Positions 54,787-63,633 of a stretch of DNA of 64,000 bases are shown here, in pieces; positions within the stretch are counted from its first letter, which is position 1; each line of letters starts with the position of its first letter. The notes under the pieces are model-generated. The model was not told the origin of the DNA, searched no databases, and saw only the letters and a program-made list of their open reading frames with translations. Made by a program: the position numbers and the translations under genes. Source of the DNA: an uncultured Bacteroidales bacterium (lineage in GTDB: Bacteria; Bacteroidota; Bacteroidia; Bacteroidales; VadinHA17); assembly GCA_963844935.1 (NCBI GenBank), contig CAWJQH010000003.1, positions 172,430 to 236,429 on the forward strand, written 5' to 3'.

Positions 54787-55983
54787 ATGAATCAACCTGC
54801 CAGAAGTGCATTCATGCCGCGTGAAGAGCTTATAGAAAAAGCAGTGAGCAGGCGACAGATTTCAATTGGCATCCCGCATGACATCCATGATGATGAAAAG
54901 CGTGTTGCCCTCACTCCTGAGGCCGTAAAGATCCTGACAGACACGGGAAATGAAGTCTTTATCCAGACCAATGCCGGCCTGGGTGCCGGTTTCCCTGACA
55001 GGGATTACAGCGAAAACGGTGCAGTTGTGGCCGATACTCCGCAGAAAGTGTACGAGTGCGACATAGTCATCAAGATTGCCCCTTTCACCGAAAAGGAGGC
55101 CGGGCTGCTTAAGGGTAACCAGATTGTAATATCGTTCATGAATGCGGCCACGATGGGCGAGGATACGCTCTCGGCACTGACGCGCAAGCGTGTGACGGCA
55201 ATTGCGGCTGAAAGGATTAAGGACAATGACGGAATATTGCCGGTCGTTGAATCAATGAGTGAAATCAGCGGTATTACATCGGTGCTTATTGCATCGGAGT
55301 ACCTGAGCAACACCTCAGGCGGCAAGGGGGTGATGCTTGGCGGAGTGACCGGCGTTACGCCCACGGAAGTTGTAATCATCGGAGCCAACACGGCAGGAGA
55401 ATATGCCGCACGTGCTGCGCTCGGCCTGGGTGCAATAGTGAGGGTGTTCGACAGCTCCGTTCACCGCCTGCGCCTCTTCCAGGATCTTCTTGGCCAGAGG
55501 CTCTACACCTCGACTTTCCACCCGCAGGTGCTGCAGAAAGCGCTTAAGTCAGCCGACGTGCTCATCGGTGCACTGTCAACAGATGATCTTAGACCCTGGT
55601 TTTATGTCAGTGAGGAGATGGTACAGGGAATGAAGCGCGGATCGGTTATAATCGATCTGAGTGTTGATACCGGCGGCTGCGTGGAAACAACAGAACCCAG
55701 GGCAATAAAAGACCCGATCTATGAAAAACACGGGGTGCTGCACTACTCGGCCTGGAACCTTCCTTCAAGGGTACCCAAGACGGCCTCAATCGCCCTGAGC
55801 AATGTCTTCAGACCTCTTATGCAGGATATAGCAGATTCTGGTGGGATAACACCTATGCTCAAGTTCAACACCGGTCTCCGCCATGGCGTTTATATTTACA
55901 ACGGTATCCTCACCAATGAGATGCTCGCCCAGAAATTCGGGATCCTTTCAAAAGATATCAACCTGCTGCTTGCAGCTTTCTGA
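54787..55983 (+). CDS. ald: alanine dehydrogenase / PNT-alpha family NAD-dependent dehydrogenase
   Basis: 398 aa; N-terminal AlaDh_PNT domain (EKRVALTPE) and a Rossmann segment VVIIGANTAGEYAARAALGLGAIVRVFD. Confidence 0.7.
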   Translation: MNQPARSAFMPREELIEKAVSRRQISIGIPHDIHDDEKRVALTPEAVKILTDTGNEVFIQTNAGLGAGFPDRDYSENGAVVADTPQKVYECDIVIKIAPFTEKEAGLLKGNQIVISFMNAATMGEDTLSALTRKRVTAIAAERIKDNDGILPVVESMSEISGITSVLIASEYLSNTSGGKGVMLGGVTGVTPTEVVIIGANTAGEYAARAALGLGAIVRVFDSSVHRLRLFQDLLGQRLYTSTFHPQVLQKALKSADVLIGALSTDDLRPWFYVSEEMVQGMKRGSVIIDLSVDTGGCVETTEPRAIKDPIYEKHGVLHYSAWNLPSRVPKTASIALSNVFRPLMQDIADSGGITPMLKFNTGLRHGVYIYNGILTNEMLAQKFGILSKDINLLLAAF

Positions 55984-55989
55984 GGCTGA

Positions 55990-56901
55990 TCACAGGTAGC
56001 TCAGGGACGCTTCGGAACCATTTTGCGTCAGTCGTGCCCTGCGGCCGAGGTAAATGGCCCTGTTGTCTGTTATATGGCCGGCCGGGAAGTTGAACAGTAC
56101 CGGGTATCCGTACCTGCCGGCAACATTCATCACAACCTCTTCTACGCTCTGGTTAAATACGTGTTCGCCTTCGGTAATCTTCTCCATTCCTCCCACAATC
56201 AGCGCGGACAGGTTGTTCAGCATGCCCGTCATACGCATTGATGTAAGCATACGGTCGAGGTGATAGAATTGCTCTCCTATCTCTTCCATAAACAGTATCG
56301 CCCCTTCAGTGTCCGGCTGGCCCGGTGTGCCGTTCAGACTGTAAATAAGCGATATGTTGCCCCCCAGGACAGTCCCTTCCGCAGTGAAGGATGCTTCCCG
56401 GGAACTCTTCCATACTACCGGCTCCTGCTCGCCCTTAAGGGCTTTGATCATCGTGTCATAGCAAAGAGGAGAGCATTCCGGATTGGAATAATTGATCGGC
56501 ATCTCTGCATGAAGCGATGCAATGCCGCATACTTTATTGAGCCACAGATGGAGCGAAGTTATGTCACTGTACCCCACATACCACTTCGGATACTTTTTCA
56601 GGGCTGAATAATCCACCCTGTCAACAATCCTTGATATGCCGTAGCCTCCCCGTGAGCATAACACAGCCTTTACCGAAGGGTCATCGGTGGCTTGCTGCAG
56701 ATCATGGAGGCGCTCATCGTCGCTTCCTGCAAAAGGACCGTCTGCCGAGAAGACATGCTCACCAAGAACAACATCAAATCCGGATGCTCTCAGCAATTTC
56801 TCCGCATTCAGCACAAGCTTTCCGTCAATATGACTTGCCGGGGAAACAATGGAGATCCTGTCTCCTTTCTTAAGATAGGGTGGTATGGTAAGAGCTTTCA
56901 T
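55990..56901 (-). CDS. ldcA: LD-carboxypeptidase (peptidase S66)
   Basis: From ATG 56901 (MKALTIPPYLKKGDRISIVSPAS); nucleophile motif GYSDITSLH; the C-terminal HIT (GHITDN) motif region. The 5' 231 nt of the track ORF overlap the upstream gene and are rejected. Confidence 0.8.
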   Translation of the reverse strand: MKALTIPPYLKKGDRISIVSPASHIDGKLVLNAEKLLRASGFDVVLGEHVFSADGPFAGSDDERLHDLQQATDDPSVKAVLCSRGGYGISRIVDRVDYSALKKYPKWYVGYSDITSLHLWLNKVCGIASLHAEMPINYSNPECSPLCYDTMIKALKGEQEPVVWKSSREASFTAEGTVLGGNISLIYSLNGTPGQPDTEGAILFMEEIGEQFYHLDRMLTSMRMTGMLNNLSALIVGGMEKITEGEHVFNQSVEEVVMNVAGRYGYPVLFNFPAGHITDNRAIYLGRRARLTQNGSEASLSYL

Positions 56902-56941
56902 AGTTGATCCTTCTCTGATGACAGGATCAAAAGTAGCAATT

Positions 56942-58096
56942 TCAGGAAAGAAACGAGGCAGCAGTGGTGAACAGTCTGTCAAAAGTACCGTCCACTTCAT
57001 CCGACAGGTTGCCTGCCAGCACCGGAAATGGATTTTCATGCGTACAGGGATATCCGGGAGACCATATCTCAAGGTCGGCACCCTGAAGCGTTGCCGATAC
57101 AGCCCCAGATGGTATGACAGAATCGCTTTCAAAGGAGACTGCCATGAGCTTACCCCCGGTATTCATGAATGGTGTGCCGGTGACATCCTTCAGCCGGTTC
57201 AGGGAGGTCATTGCATAAAACGCCTCGCCTTCAGGGGTGTCATTCATTATCTTCATTAACCTGCCGTCATCACTGTCTGTATTCGCTCCCGGCCATTCAA
57301 GATAGAATGCCATAAGTCTTTCAAAGGCCCTGCTGTCCATTATAAGTTTTGATGTGCCGTTCATCAGGCTGAAGGCGCTTCCTCCGCAGAACAGTATCAC
57401 ACGGCTGTCATCAGGCAGAACGGAGGGTTTCGAAAGCATCATAACCTGGGTGGCCAGTGCCCCGATCGAATAGGCGAATATATCAACCGGGCCGCCTCCC
57501 GGCAGGTCAGGATGGGTCCCGTCACGAATGGAACCGATGAGCACTTTCAGGTCATTTATTGTCTGGTATCCGGAAAGTAAAAACCGCTGGGGTGATAATG
57601 ACATCCGCGTGCTCAGGGCCACATTGACAAAGGTCGACAATTGCGTGTCAGGCACGAGGGCCGTGCGCGCTGCCACAAGCGGCATCATCAGATGCCTGTC
57701 GATCCAGCTGCGGGGTGAACGGTTCATGTGATAGGCGCTGGGAAAAAGCACAACAGGCCTTCCGGTGTCAGCCGCCAGCCTCATACCCCACTGCAGGTAC
57801 TTGTTCCAGCTGCGTTCATTGAGGCCGTGAAGGAGAATGATCGCACCCCTGCCGCTGCTGTTACCGGGAATTAATAAATAATAACGGAAATCACTGTTGG
57901 ACTGCTCAAGCTCCCTGGATTTAAAGATAGAACGGAAGACGCCGGCCACACTCCTGCTGTCAGGTACGGAATAGCCGTTCGGGGAGTGAAACAGTGCGCT
58001 TACAATCCTTACTCCCGTGCCCGGAATAAAACCATCGGTCAGTCCCCCCCTGAAAATTCCGGCCAGTTGCCTCTCCTGAGCTGTGTATCCCATCAT
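56942..58096 (-). CDS. alpha/beta-hydrolase fold protein, uncharacterised
   Basis: 384 aa; IILLHGLNE oxyanion region and a nucleophile elbow variant FAYSIGA. No specific family recognised. Confidence 0.55.
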   Translation of the reverse strand: MMGYTAQERQLAGIFRGGLTDGFIPGTGVRIVSALFHSPNGYSVPDSRSVAGVFRSIFKSRELEQSNSDFRYYLLIPGNSSGRGAIILLHGLNERSWNKYLQWGMRLAADTGRPVVLFPSAYHMNRSPRSWIDRHLMMPLVAARTALVPDTQLSTFVNVALSTRMSLSPQRFLLSGYQTINDLKVLIGSIRDGTHPDLPGGGPVDIFAYSIGALATQVMMLSKPSVLPDDSRVILFCGGSAFSLMNGTSKLIMDSRAFERLMAFYLEWPGANTDSDDGRLMKIMNDTPEGEAFYAMTSLNRLKDVTGTPFMNTGGKLMAVSFESDSVIPSGAVSATLQGADLEIWSPGYPCTHENPFPVLAGNLSDEVDGTFDRLFTTAASFLS

Positions 58097-58258
58097 GTTT
58101 TTCCTGCAAACAAAACAGATACACTGCGTCTGTCCAAATAATAGGTTCTGACCGGGTGCCCAGGGGCCTTAATCCCTTTATCCGGGGTAAAAAAGCCAAT
58201 GCAGGGGTAAAATGTGCCGTATGAAATCCCGGAAAAATCCTTCAGACATGAAAAATAC

Positions 58259-58266
58259 TAATTTTG
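58259..58266 (+). promoter_or_regulatory. -7 promoter motif TAATTTTG
   Basis: Exact TAnnTTTG match 16 nt upstream of ATG 58283. Confidence 0.4.
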
Positions 58267-58282
58267 TAACGGGACATACTGA

Positions 58283-59134
58283 ATGAATATTGATCTGCAT
58301 AAAAAGCTGCCTGGTTACCTTACAGAGAAAGGAAACATAGTAACACATATCCTGTTCACTGCAGGATTTTCACTCCTGTTCCTCAACCTCTACACGCCGT
58401 TCGGTGCCTTGACCTTTTCCGAGGTATCCAAACCGACACTTTTCCTTTATACGAGCGGGGTAATCCTGACCGGTATGCTGACCGTCGCAGTGAGCCGTAT
58501 CATCATGTACCTCCTGTTGCGCAGGGGAATGGAGCTTGTCATCTGGCAGTACCTTGCCTGGGTGGCAGCTGAAATAGTGGCGATGGCTCTCTTCTTTGCA
58601 TTTTTTGAGATTGTGATCCTTGATGACCGGCGAAGCTTCCCTGACCTCCTTGGAAAATCTGTTGTGAATACTTCGCTTACACTGCTCCTCCCTTATGCAA
58701 TGCTCTGGCTTTATTTTTCGTGGCGTGACAACAAGATTAAGCTTGCTGAGCTGAAGGAACAGCCTGACGGTGCAGGACAAAAACCGATGATACCATTCCG
58801 GGATGAGAAAGGGGTGCTGCGCCTCTCGCTAAAGAGATCAGATATTCTTTATCTTCAGGGAAGCGACAACTATGTCACAGTATGGTACCAGTCGCAGAGC
58901 CGGATCACGAAGTTCATGCTGCGCACCACCTTAAGAATGATGGAGGATGAGCTGAGGCAGGAAGGCATAAAGAGATGCCATCGGTCGTATCTTGTAAATA
59001 TTGAGCGGGTTAAACTCATCCGAAGGGAGAAGGACGGACTGCAGCTCGAGCTTGACAGCACCCCTCCTTCAACAGTGCCTGTCTCAAGGACATATATGCA
59101 CGAAGTGCTCTCTGCCTTCGGCCAGGAGAGCTGA
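58283..59134 (+). CDS. membrane-anchored LytTR-domain DNA-binding protein
   Basis: Four N-terminal TM helices, then a LytTR domain (ILYLQGSDNYVTVWY...CHRSYLVNIERV). Confidence 0.8.
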   Translation: MNIDLHKKLPGYLTEKGNIVTHILFTAGFSLLFLNLYTPFGALTFSEVSKPTLFLYTSGVILTGMLTVAVSRIIMYLLLRRGMELVIWQYLAWVAAEIVAMALFFAFFEIVILDDRRSFPDLLGKSVVNTSLTLLLPYAMLWLYFSWRDNKIKLAELKEQPDGAGQKPMIPFRDEKGVLRLSLKRSDILYLQGSDNYVTVWYQSQSRITKFMLRTTLRMMEDELRQEGIKRCHRSYLVNIERVKLIRREKDGLQLELDSTPPSTVPVSRTYMHEVLSAFGQES

Positions 59135-59163
59135 CAGGCCTTAGCGCAGTTTCCTGAAATCAT

Positions 59164-59171
59164 TATCTTTG
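59164..59171 (+). promoter_or_regulatory. -7 promoter motif TATCTTTG
   Basis: Exact TAnnTTTG match 34 nt upstream of the metG ATG. Confidence 0.4.
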
Positions 59172-59205
59172 CCGCACCAGCATCAGAAACAAGCTTTTAT
59201 TACAG

Positions 59206-61240
59206 ATGAAGAAGTTTAAACGCCACCTTATCACCTCTGCCCTGCCTTATGCAAACGGTCCTATTCATATAGGACATCTTGCCGGGGTCTACGTACCGTC
59301 GGATATCTATGTACGCTACCTCCGGATGAAGGGTGCCGATGTGATATCAATATGCGGTTCCGATGAGCATGGCGTGCCCATCACTCTCAAGGCGAGGAAA
59401 GAGGGCATCACCCCGCAGGAGGTTGTTGACCGCTATCATGAGATGAACAAAAAAGCCTTTGAGGAGTTCGGCATTTCTTTCGACATCTATTCGCGCACCT
59501 CGAACAAAATACACTACGAGACCGCCTCGGCATTCTTCCGCAAACTATATGACCAGGGCGAATTCATAGAGAAGAGTGCCAGCCAGTATTATGATGAGGA
59601 GGCGGGGTGTTTCCTTGCTGACAGGTACATCACAGGCACCTGTCCGTTCTGCGGAAATGAAAATGCCTACGGTGACCAGTGCGAGAAATGCGGCACGTCA
59701 CTCAGCCCCACAGACCTGATCAATCCGCGGTCGACAATCAGCGGCAGCGCACCGGTGATGCGTGAAACACTGCACTGGTACCTTCCTCTTGACAGGTATG
59801 AATCGTGGATCAGAAAATGGATACTGGAAGATCATGCCGACTGGAAGACAAACGTGTACGGCCAGTGCAAGTCGTGGCTCGACCAGGGCCTGCAGCCCAG
59901 GGCTGTGAGCCGTGACCTCGACTGGGGAGTTCCTGTACCCGTTGAGGGCGCTGAGGGCAAGGTTCTTTATGTGTGGTTTGATGCTCCCATCGGATATATT
60001 TCGGCAACACGTGAACTGACTCCCGACTGGGAAAAATACTGGAAAGACCCGGAGACACGCATGATACACTTCATCGGCAAGGATAATATCGTGTTTCATT
60101 GCATCATCTTCCCTGCGATGCTGAAGGCAGAAGGGAGCTATATCCTTCCTGACAACGTACCGGCAAACGAGTTCCTTAACCTGGAGAACGAAAAAATATC
60201 AACCTCAAGGAACTGGGCTGTCTGGCTGCATGAATACCTGGCTGACTTCCCGGGGAAGCAGGATTCGCTCCGCTATGCCCTGTGCGCCAGCGCACCCGAG
60301 ACAAAAGACAACGACTTTACATGGAAAGAGTTCCAGGCCAGGAACAACAATGAGCTGGTGGCTATTCTCGGGTAACTTCGTCAACCGGACACTGGTGCTG
60401 ACAAACAACTATTACGGAGGCACAGTTCCCGTTCCCGGTGAAATGAACGAATATGATAAGTCAACTGTAAATTCAATCATGACATGCCGGGAAGGCACTG
60501 AGAGCAACCTCGAGGCTTTCCGCTTCCGGCAGGCGCTTGCCGAAGCAATGAACCTGGCACGTCTTGGCAACAAGTACCTGGCAGACACCGAGCCCTGGAA
60601 AGTGATTAAAACCGATCCTGAGCGGGTTAAGACAATCATGTTCATTTCGCTTCAGATATCTGCCAACCTCGCGATAATACTTGAGCCTTTCCTCCCCTTC
60701 TCGATGAATAAGCTGAGAAGCTGGCTGAATATCGCCGATCTCAGCTGGGACAAGGCCGGCAGCGCTGAACTTCTGAAGCCGGGTCACAAGGTCTCCGCCG
60801 GAGAACTGATGTTCAGCAAAGTTGAGGATGCCGAGATAGAAAAGCAGGTAAAGAAGCTGCTTGATACAAAACAGGCGAATGAGAAAGTTACGGCACCGGT
60901 AATTGCCGCGAAAAATGATGTCAGCTTCGAGGAGTTCACCGCGATGGATATACGCACAGCGACCATCCTGGAAGCACAAAAAGTGCCAAAGACCACCAAA
61001 CTCATAAAGCTGAAGGTTGATACCGGAATAGATGTACGGACCATCGTGTCAGGCATCGCTGAGCAGTTCACTGCAGAAGAGCTCCCGGGAAAGCAGATCT
61101 CCGTGATTGTGAATCTCGCACCGCGAAACATCAAGGGAATAGAATCAAGGGGAATGGTTCTGCTGGCAGAAGATGAGAACGGCAAGCTGACCTTTATGGT
61201 GCCCGAAACGGCAATAAAAAACGGAAGCCCCGTTAAATAG
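59206..61240 (+). pseudogene. metG: methionyl-tRNA synthetase, reading frame broken by one extra G at 60370-60372
   Basis: HIGH (PIHIGHLAG), zinc knuckles ([18 protein letters not shown]) and KMSKS-like KISTSR lie in ORF 59206-60375. The anticodon-binding and C-terminal EMAP/Trbp111-like domains lie in ORF 60230-61240. Removing one G from CTC GGG TAA C restores ...[16 protein letters not shown]... Confidence 0.9.
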
Positions 61241-61248
61241 GTCTTCCG

Positions 61249-61280
61249 GATTTGCGATTTGCGATTTGCGATTTGCGATT
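61249..61280. repeat. heptamer tandem array (GATTTGC x 4.6)
   Basis: GATTTGC is repeated perfectly four times plus a partial copy, starting 8 nt after the metG stop. Confidence 0.9.
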
Positions 61281-61321
61281 AAATGCTTCCGATGACTGAC
61301 TTGCGAATTAGCTGACCCTTA

Positions 61322-61356
61322 AATTCTTAATTCTTAACTCTTAATTCTTAATTCCC
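61322..61356. repeat. heptamer tandem array (AATTCTT x 5, two variant units)
   Basis: AATTCTT AATTCTT AACTCTT AATTCTT AATTCCC, abutting the stop codon of the convergent SPOR gene. Confidence 0.9.
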
Positions 61357-61357
61357 A

Positions 61358-62392
61358 CTATTGCCTGCTCTTATGTATCCAGGCTCCCGGAAAGTTTTTG
61401 ATTATCCTGCTATGGGCAGCCTTTGCCTCCTCAACCGAGTCAAATGATACAGCGCTGACGCGAAGGAAGCCGTCCGGCCCGCCGGTCATTTCAGGGTCAT
61501 AACCGATCTTCCTTAGCTTTTCTATCATTGTCAGTGCATTATCTTCCGTCTTGAAGCTTCCGATAATCAGCAAATACCTGTATTCATGGACAACCACCGC
61601 CTGCTGTACAGGTTTTACCGGTTCAGGATCAGGAGCAGGAACAACGGCGGCAACAGGCGGCTCAGGAACCGGTTGTTCGGCTACCGCCGCTGCGGTGTCA
61701 GCGGTCTCTATGACTGTCGTTTCAGGCTCAATATATGCCGTGTCTGCCACAATCTGTTCCCGGTTGAACTCCAGCTCGGCATTGGCCAGCGGATTAAGGG
61801 TGGATTCCTCCATCCTGCCCCTGAACAGGTTATCATTGAAAGGAACAAGGGCAAGGGCTATCAGCACCGGTACTATTACAGCTGCCCTGGTCAGAAGTCG
61901 CTTCATCGAAGGCTGGCTTACGGCAGGTTCATGGTGATGTTCAAGCATCTTCTTCCGTACGTCGAAGTCGCTTACCGGTCTCCTCTGGTAAGAGGTAAGC
62001 CCGTATGAAGAAAGGAGATAATTTACTGTGTTGTCAGGTTCAAAGATTACAGTCCCTTCGCGGTTGAGCGAAAAGGTTCCGAGATGATCAAGGTTCAGAA
62101 TGGTCCCGGCCATTATTTTGCCCCTGAGTTCTTCAGCCCAGGTGCCGATCATATCACGTGACTCACTGTAGGAGATCTTCAGGTGCGAGGAGACATGCCC
62201 TATCAGCAGACCGTCATTGCCGGTGAGATGGCGGTTGAAAGTTATCCGTCTTACAGGGGGGTAAAAAAGCCCCTCGTTACGGTCAATATGCGAAGGAAAA
62301 TAGTTCCCGATAAATGCACCAAACCCCGGTATAATGACACAATCGTGTTTGAAAAGCAGTTCCCTGATGTGTACGCTGATATCCTTCGCCAT
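61358..62392 (-). CDS. HU-like N-terminal domain / C-terminal SPOR (peptidoglycan-binding) domain protein
   Basis: N-terminus HIRELLFKHDCVIIPGFGAFIGNY (HU-CCDC81-like), a central TM and Pro/Ala-rich linker, and a C-terminal SPOR domain (YLLIIGSFKTEDNALTMIEKLRKIGYD...). Confidence 0.75.
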   Translation of the reverse strand: MAKDISVHIRELLFKHDCVIIPGFGAFIGNYFPSHIDRNEGLFYPPVRRITFNRHLTGNDGLLIGHVSSHLKISYSESRDMIGTWAEELRGKIMAGTILNLDHLGTFSLNREGTVIFEPDNTVNYLLSSYGLTSYQRRPVSDFDVRKKMLEHHHEPAVSQPSMKRLLTRAAVIVPVLIALALVPFNDNLFRGRMEESTLNPLANAELEFNREQIVADTAYIEPETTVIETADTAAAVAEQPVPEPPVAAVVPAPDPEPVKPVQQAVVVHEYRYLLIIGSFKTEDNALTMIEKLRKIGYDPEMTGGPDGFLRVSAVSFDSVEEAKAAHSRIIKNFPGAWIHKSRQ

Positions 62393-62496
62393 GAAGATGC
62401 AATAATGAACAAAGATACAAAACCGGCAGGACTATATGAAGGAAAAAAGGTTAAAATAAATTGTGCTATCTTCGCTTTCGAGAGACGAAACAGCCC

Positions 62497-63624
62497 ATGA
62501 AAAAAATCGAAATGGTTGACCTCCGGTCACAGTATGAAAGGCTTAAGGCTGATATTGACAGATCGATTTCCGGAGTGCTTGATTCGACTGCTTTCATCAA
62601 GGGGCCTGATGTCCGTCTTTTCGAAGAGGAGCTGCAGCGTTACCTGGGCATAAGGAATGTAATAGCATGTGCCAACGGCACTGATGCCCTGCAGATAGCC
62701 ATGATGGCACTGGGGCTGAAACCGGGTGATGAAATCATAACAACAAATTTTACATTCATTGCTACAGTGGAGGTGATTGAGCTCCTCGGGCTTAAGCTGG
62801 TGCTTGTTGATCCGGAAAAAGATACATACAACATCAGTGTCGAAGCGATCAGGAAAGCAATAACGCCCCGCACCAGGGCTATCGTGCCGGTCCACCTCTT
62901 CGGCCAGTGTGCTGATATGGAACCCATAACGGAAATGGCAGGGCAGCACGGGATACATATCATAGAGGATGTTGCCCAGGCAACCGGGGCAGAATACACT
63001 TTCAGCGACGGAAGGGTAAAGAAAGCCGGTACGATGGGTACAATCGGATGCACTTCCTTTTTCCCTTCAAAGAACCTGGGATGCTACGGTGACGGAGGCG
63101 CGCTGTTCACTGACAATGATGAACTGGCAGCACTTATCAGGAGCATTACCAACCATGGCATGAAGGTCAGGTATTATCATGACACAATAGGGGTCAACTC
63201 GCGTCTTGATACAATTCAGGCAGCAGTCTTAAGGGTCAAGCTCCGCCACCTTGATGCCTTCAACGAAGCGCGGCAGCAGGCTGCTGCACACTATGACACT
63301 GAACTGTCAGGTCTGAAGGGTATCACAATACCGGCCAGGGCAGGAAATTCAACACATATATTTCACCAGTACACTTTGCGCGTGGCTGACGGTGCCAGGA
63401 ACAGGCTGCGCGAGTGTCTTGAGAATGAGGGAGTACCTTCAATGATCTACTATCCTGTGCCTCTTCACATGCAAAAAGCTTATGCTCACCTGGGGTACGG
63501 ACCTGACGACTTCCCGGTTACAACGGAACTTACAAACGAGGTGCTTTCGCTTCCGATGCATACCGAGCTTGACAGGGAACAGCTCGAATATATTACCGGG
63601 TGCATCAGGTCAGAATTCAAATGA
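62497..63624 (+). CDS. DegT/DnrJ/EryC1/StrS-family sugar aminotransferase
   Basis: From ATG 62497 (MKKIEMVDL); CANGTDALQIA, HLFGQ, and the SFFPSKNLGCYGDGG PLP-lysine motif. Confidence 0.88.
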   Translation: MKKIEMVDLRSQYERLKADIDRSISGVLDSTAFIKGPDVRLFEEELQRYLGIRNVIACANGTDALQIAMMALGLKPGDEIITTNFTFIATVEVIELLGLKLVLVDPEKDTYNISVEAIRKAITPRTRAIVPVHLFGQCADMEPITEMAGQHGIHIIEDVAQATGAEYTFSDGRVKKAGTMGTIGCTSFFPSKNLGCYGDGGALFTDNDELAALIRSITNHGMKVRYYHDTIGVNSRLDTIQAAVLRVKLRHLDAFNEARQQAAAHYDTELSGLKGITIPARAGNSTHIFHQYTLRVADGARNRLRECLENEGVPSMIYYPVPLHMQKAYAHLGYGPDDFPVTTELTNEVLSLPMHTELDREQLEYITGCIRSEFK

Positions 63625-63633
63625 AAAAAAGAG

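Noticed and set aside
56902-57132. N-terminal 77 codons of the 380-aa track ORF for the LD-carboxypeptidase.
   Set aside because: This part overlaps the 3' end of the upstream hydrolase gene and is not protein-like. The family N-terminus (MKALTIPPYLKKGDRISIVSPAS) begins at ATG 56901.
60230-60372. The first ~48 codons of the second metG ORF ([47 protein letters not shown]), considered as an independent start or a programmed frameshift product.
   Set aside because: This is an out-of-frame read-through of the metG core. There is no slippery heptamer or downstream stimulatory structure, and deleting a single G restores the canonical sequence, so an indel error is the simpler explanation.
61249-61356. 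Tandem repeats considered as a possible CRISPR array or minisatellite-encoded peptide.
   Set aside because: The units are 7 bp with no spacers and no cas genes are present. Period 7 is incompatible with a coding repeat, and the tract lies between two stop codons.
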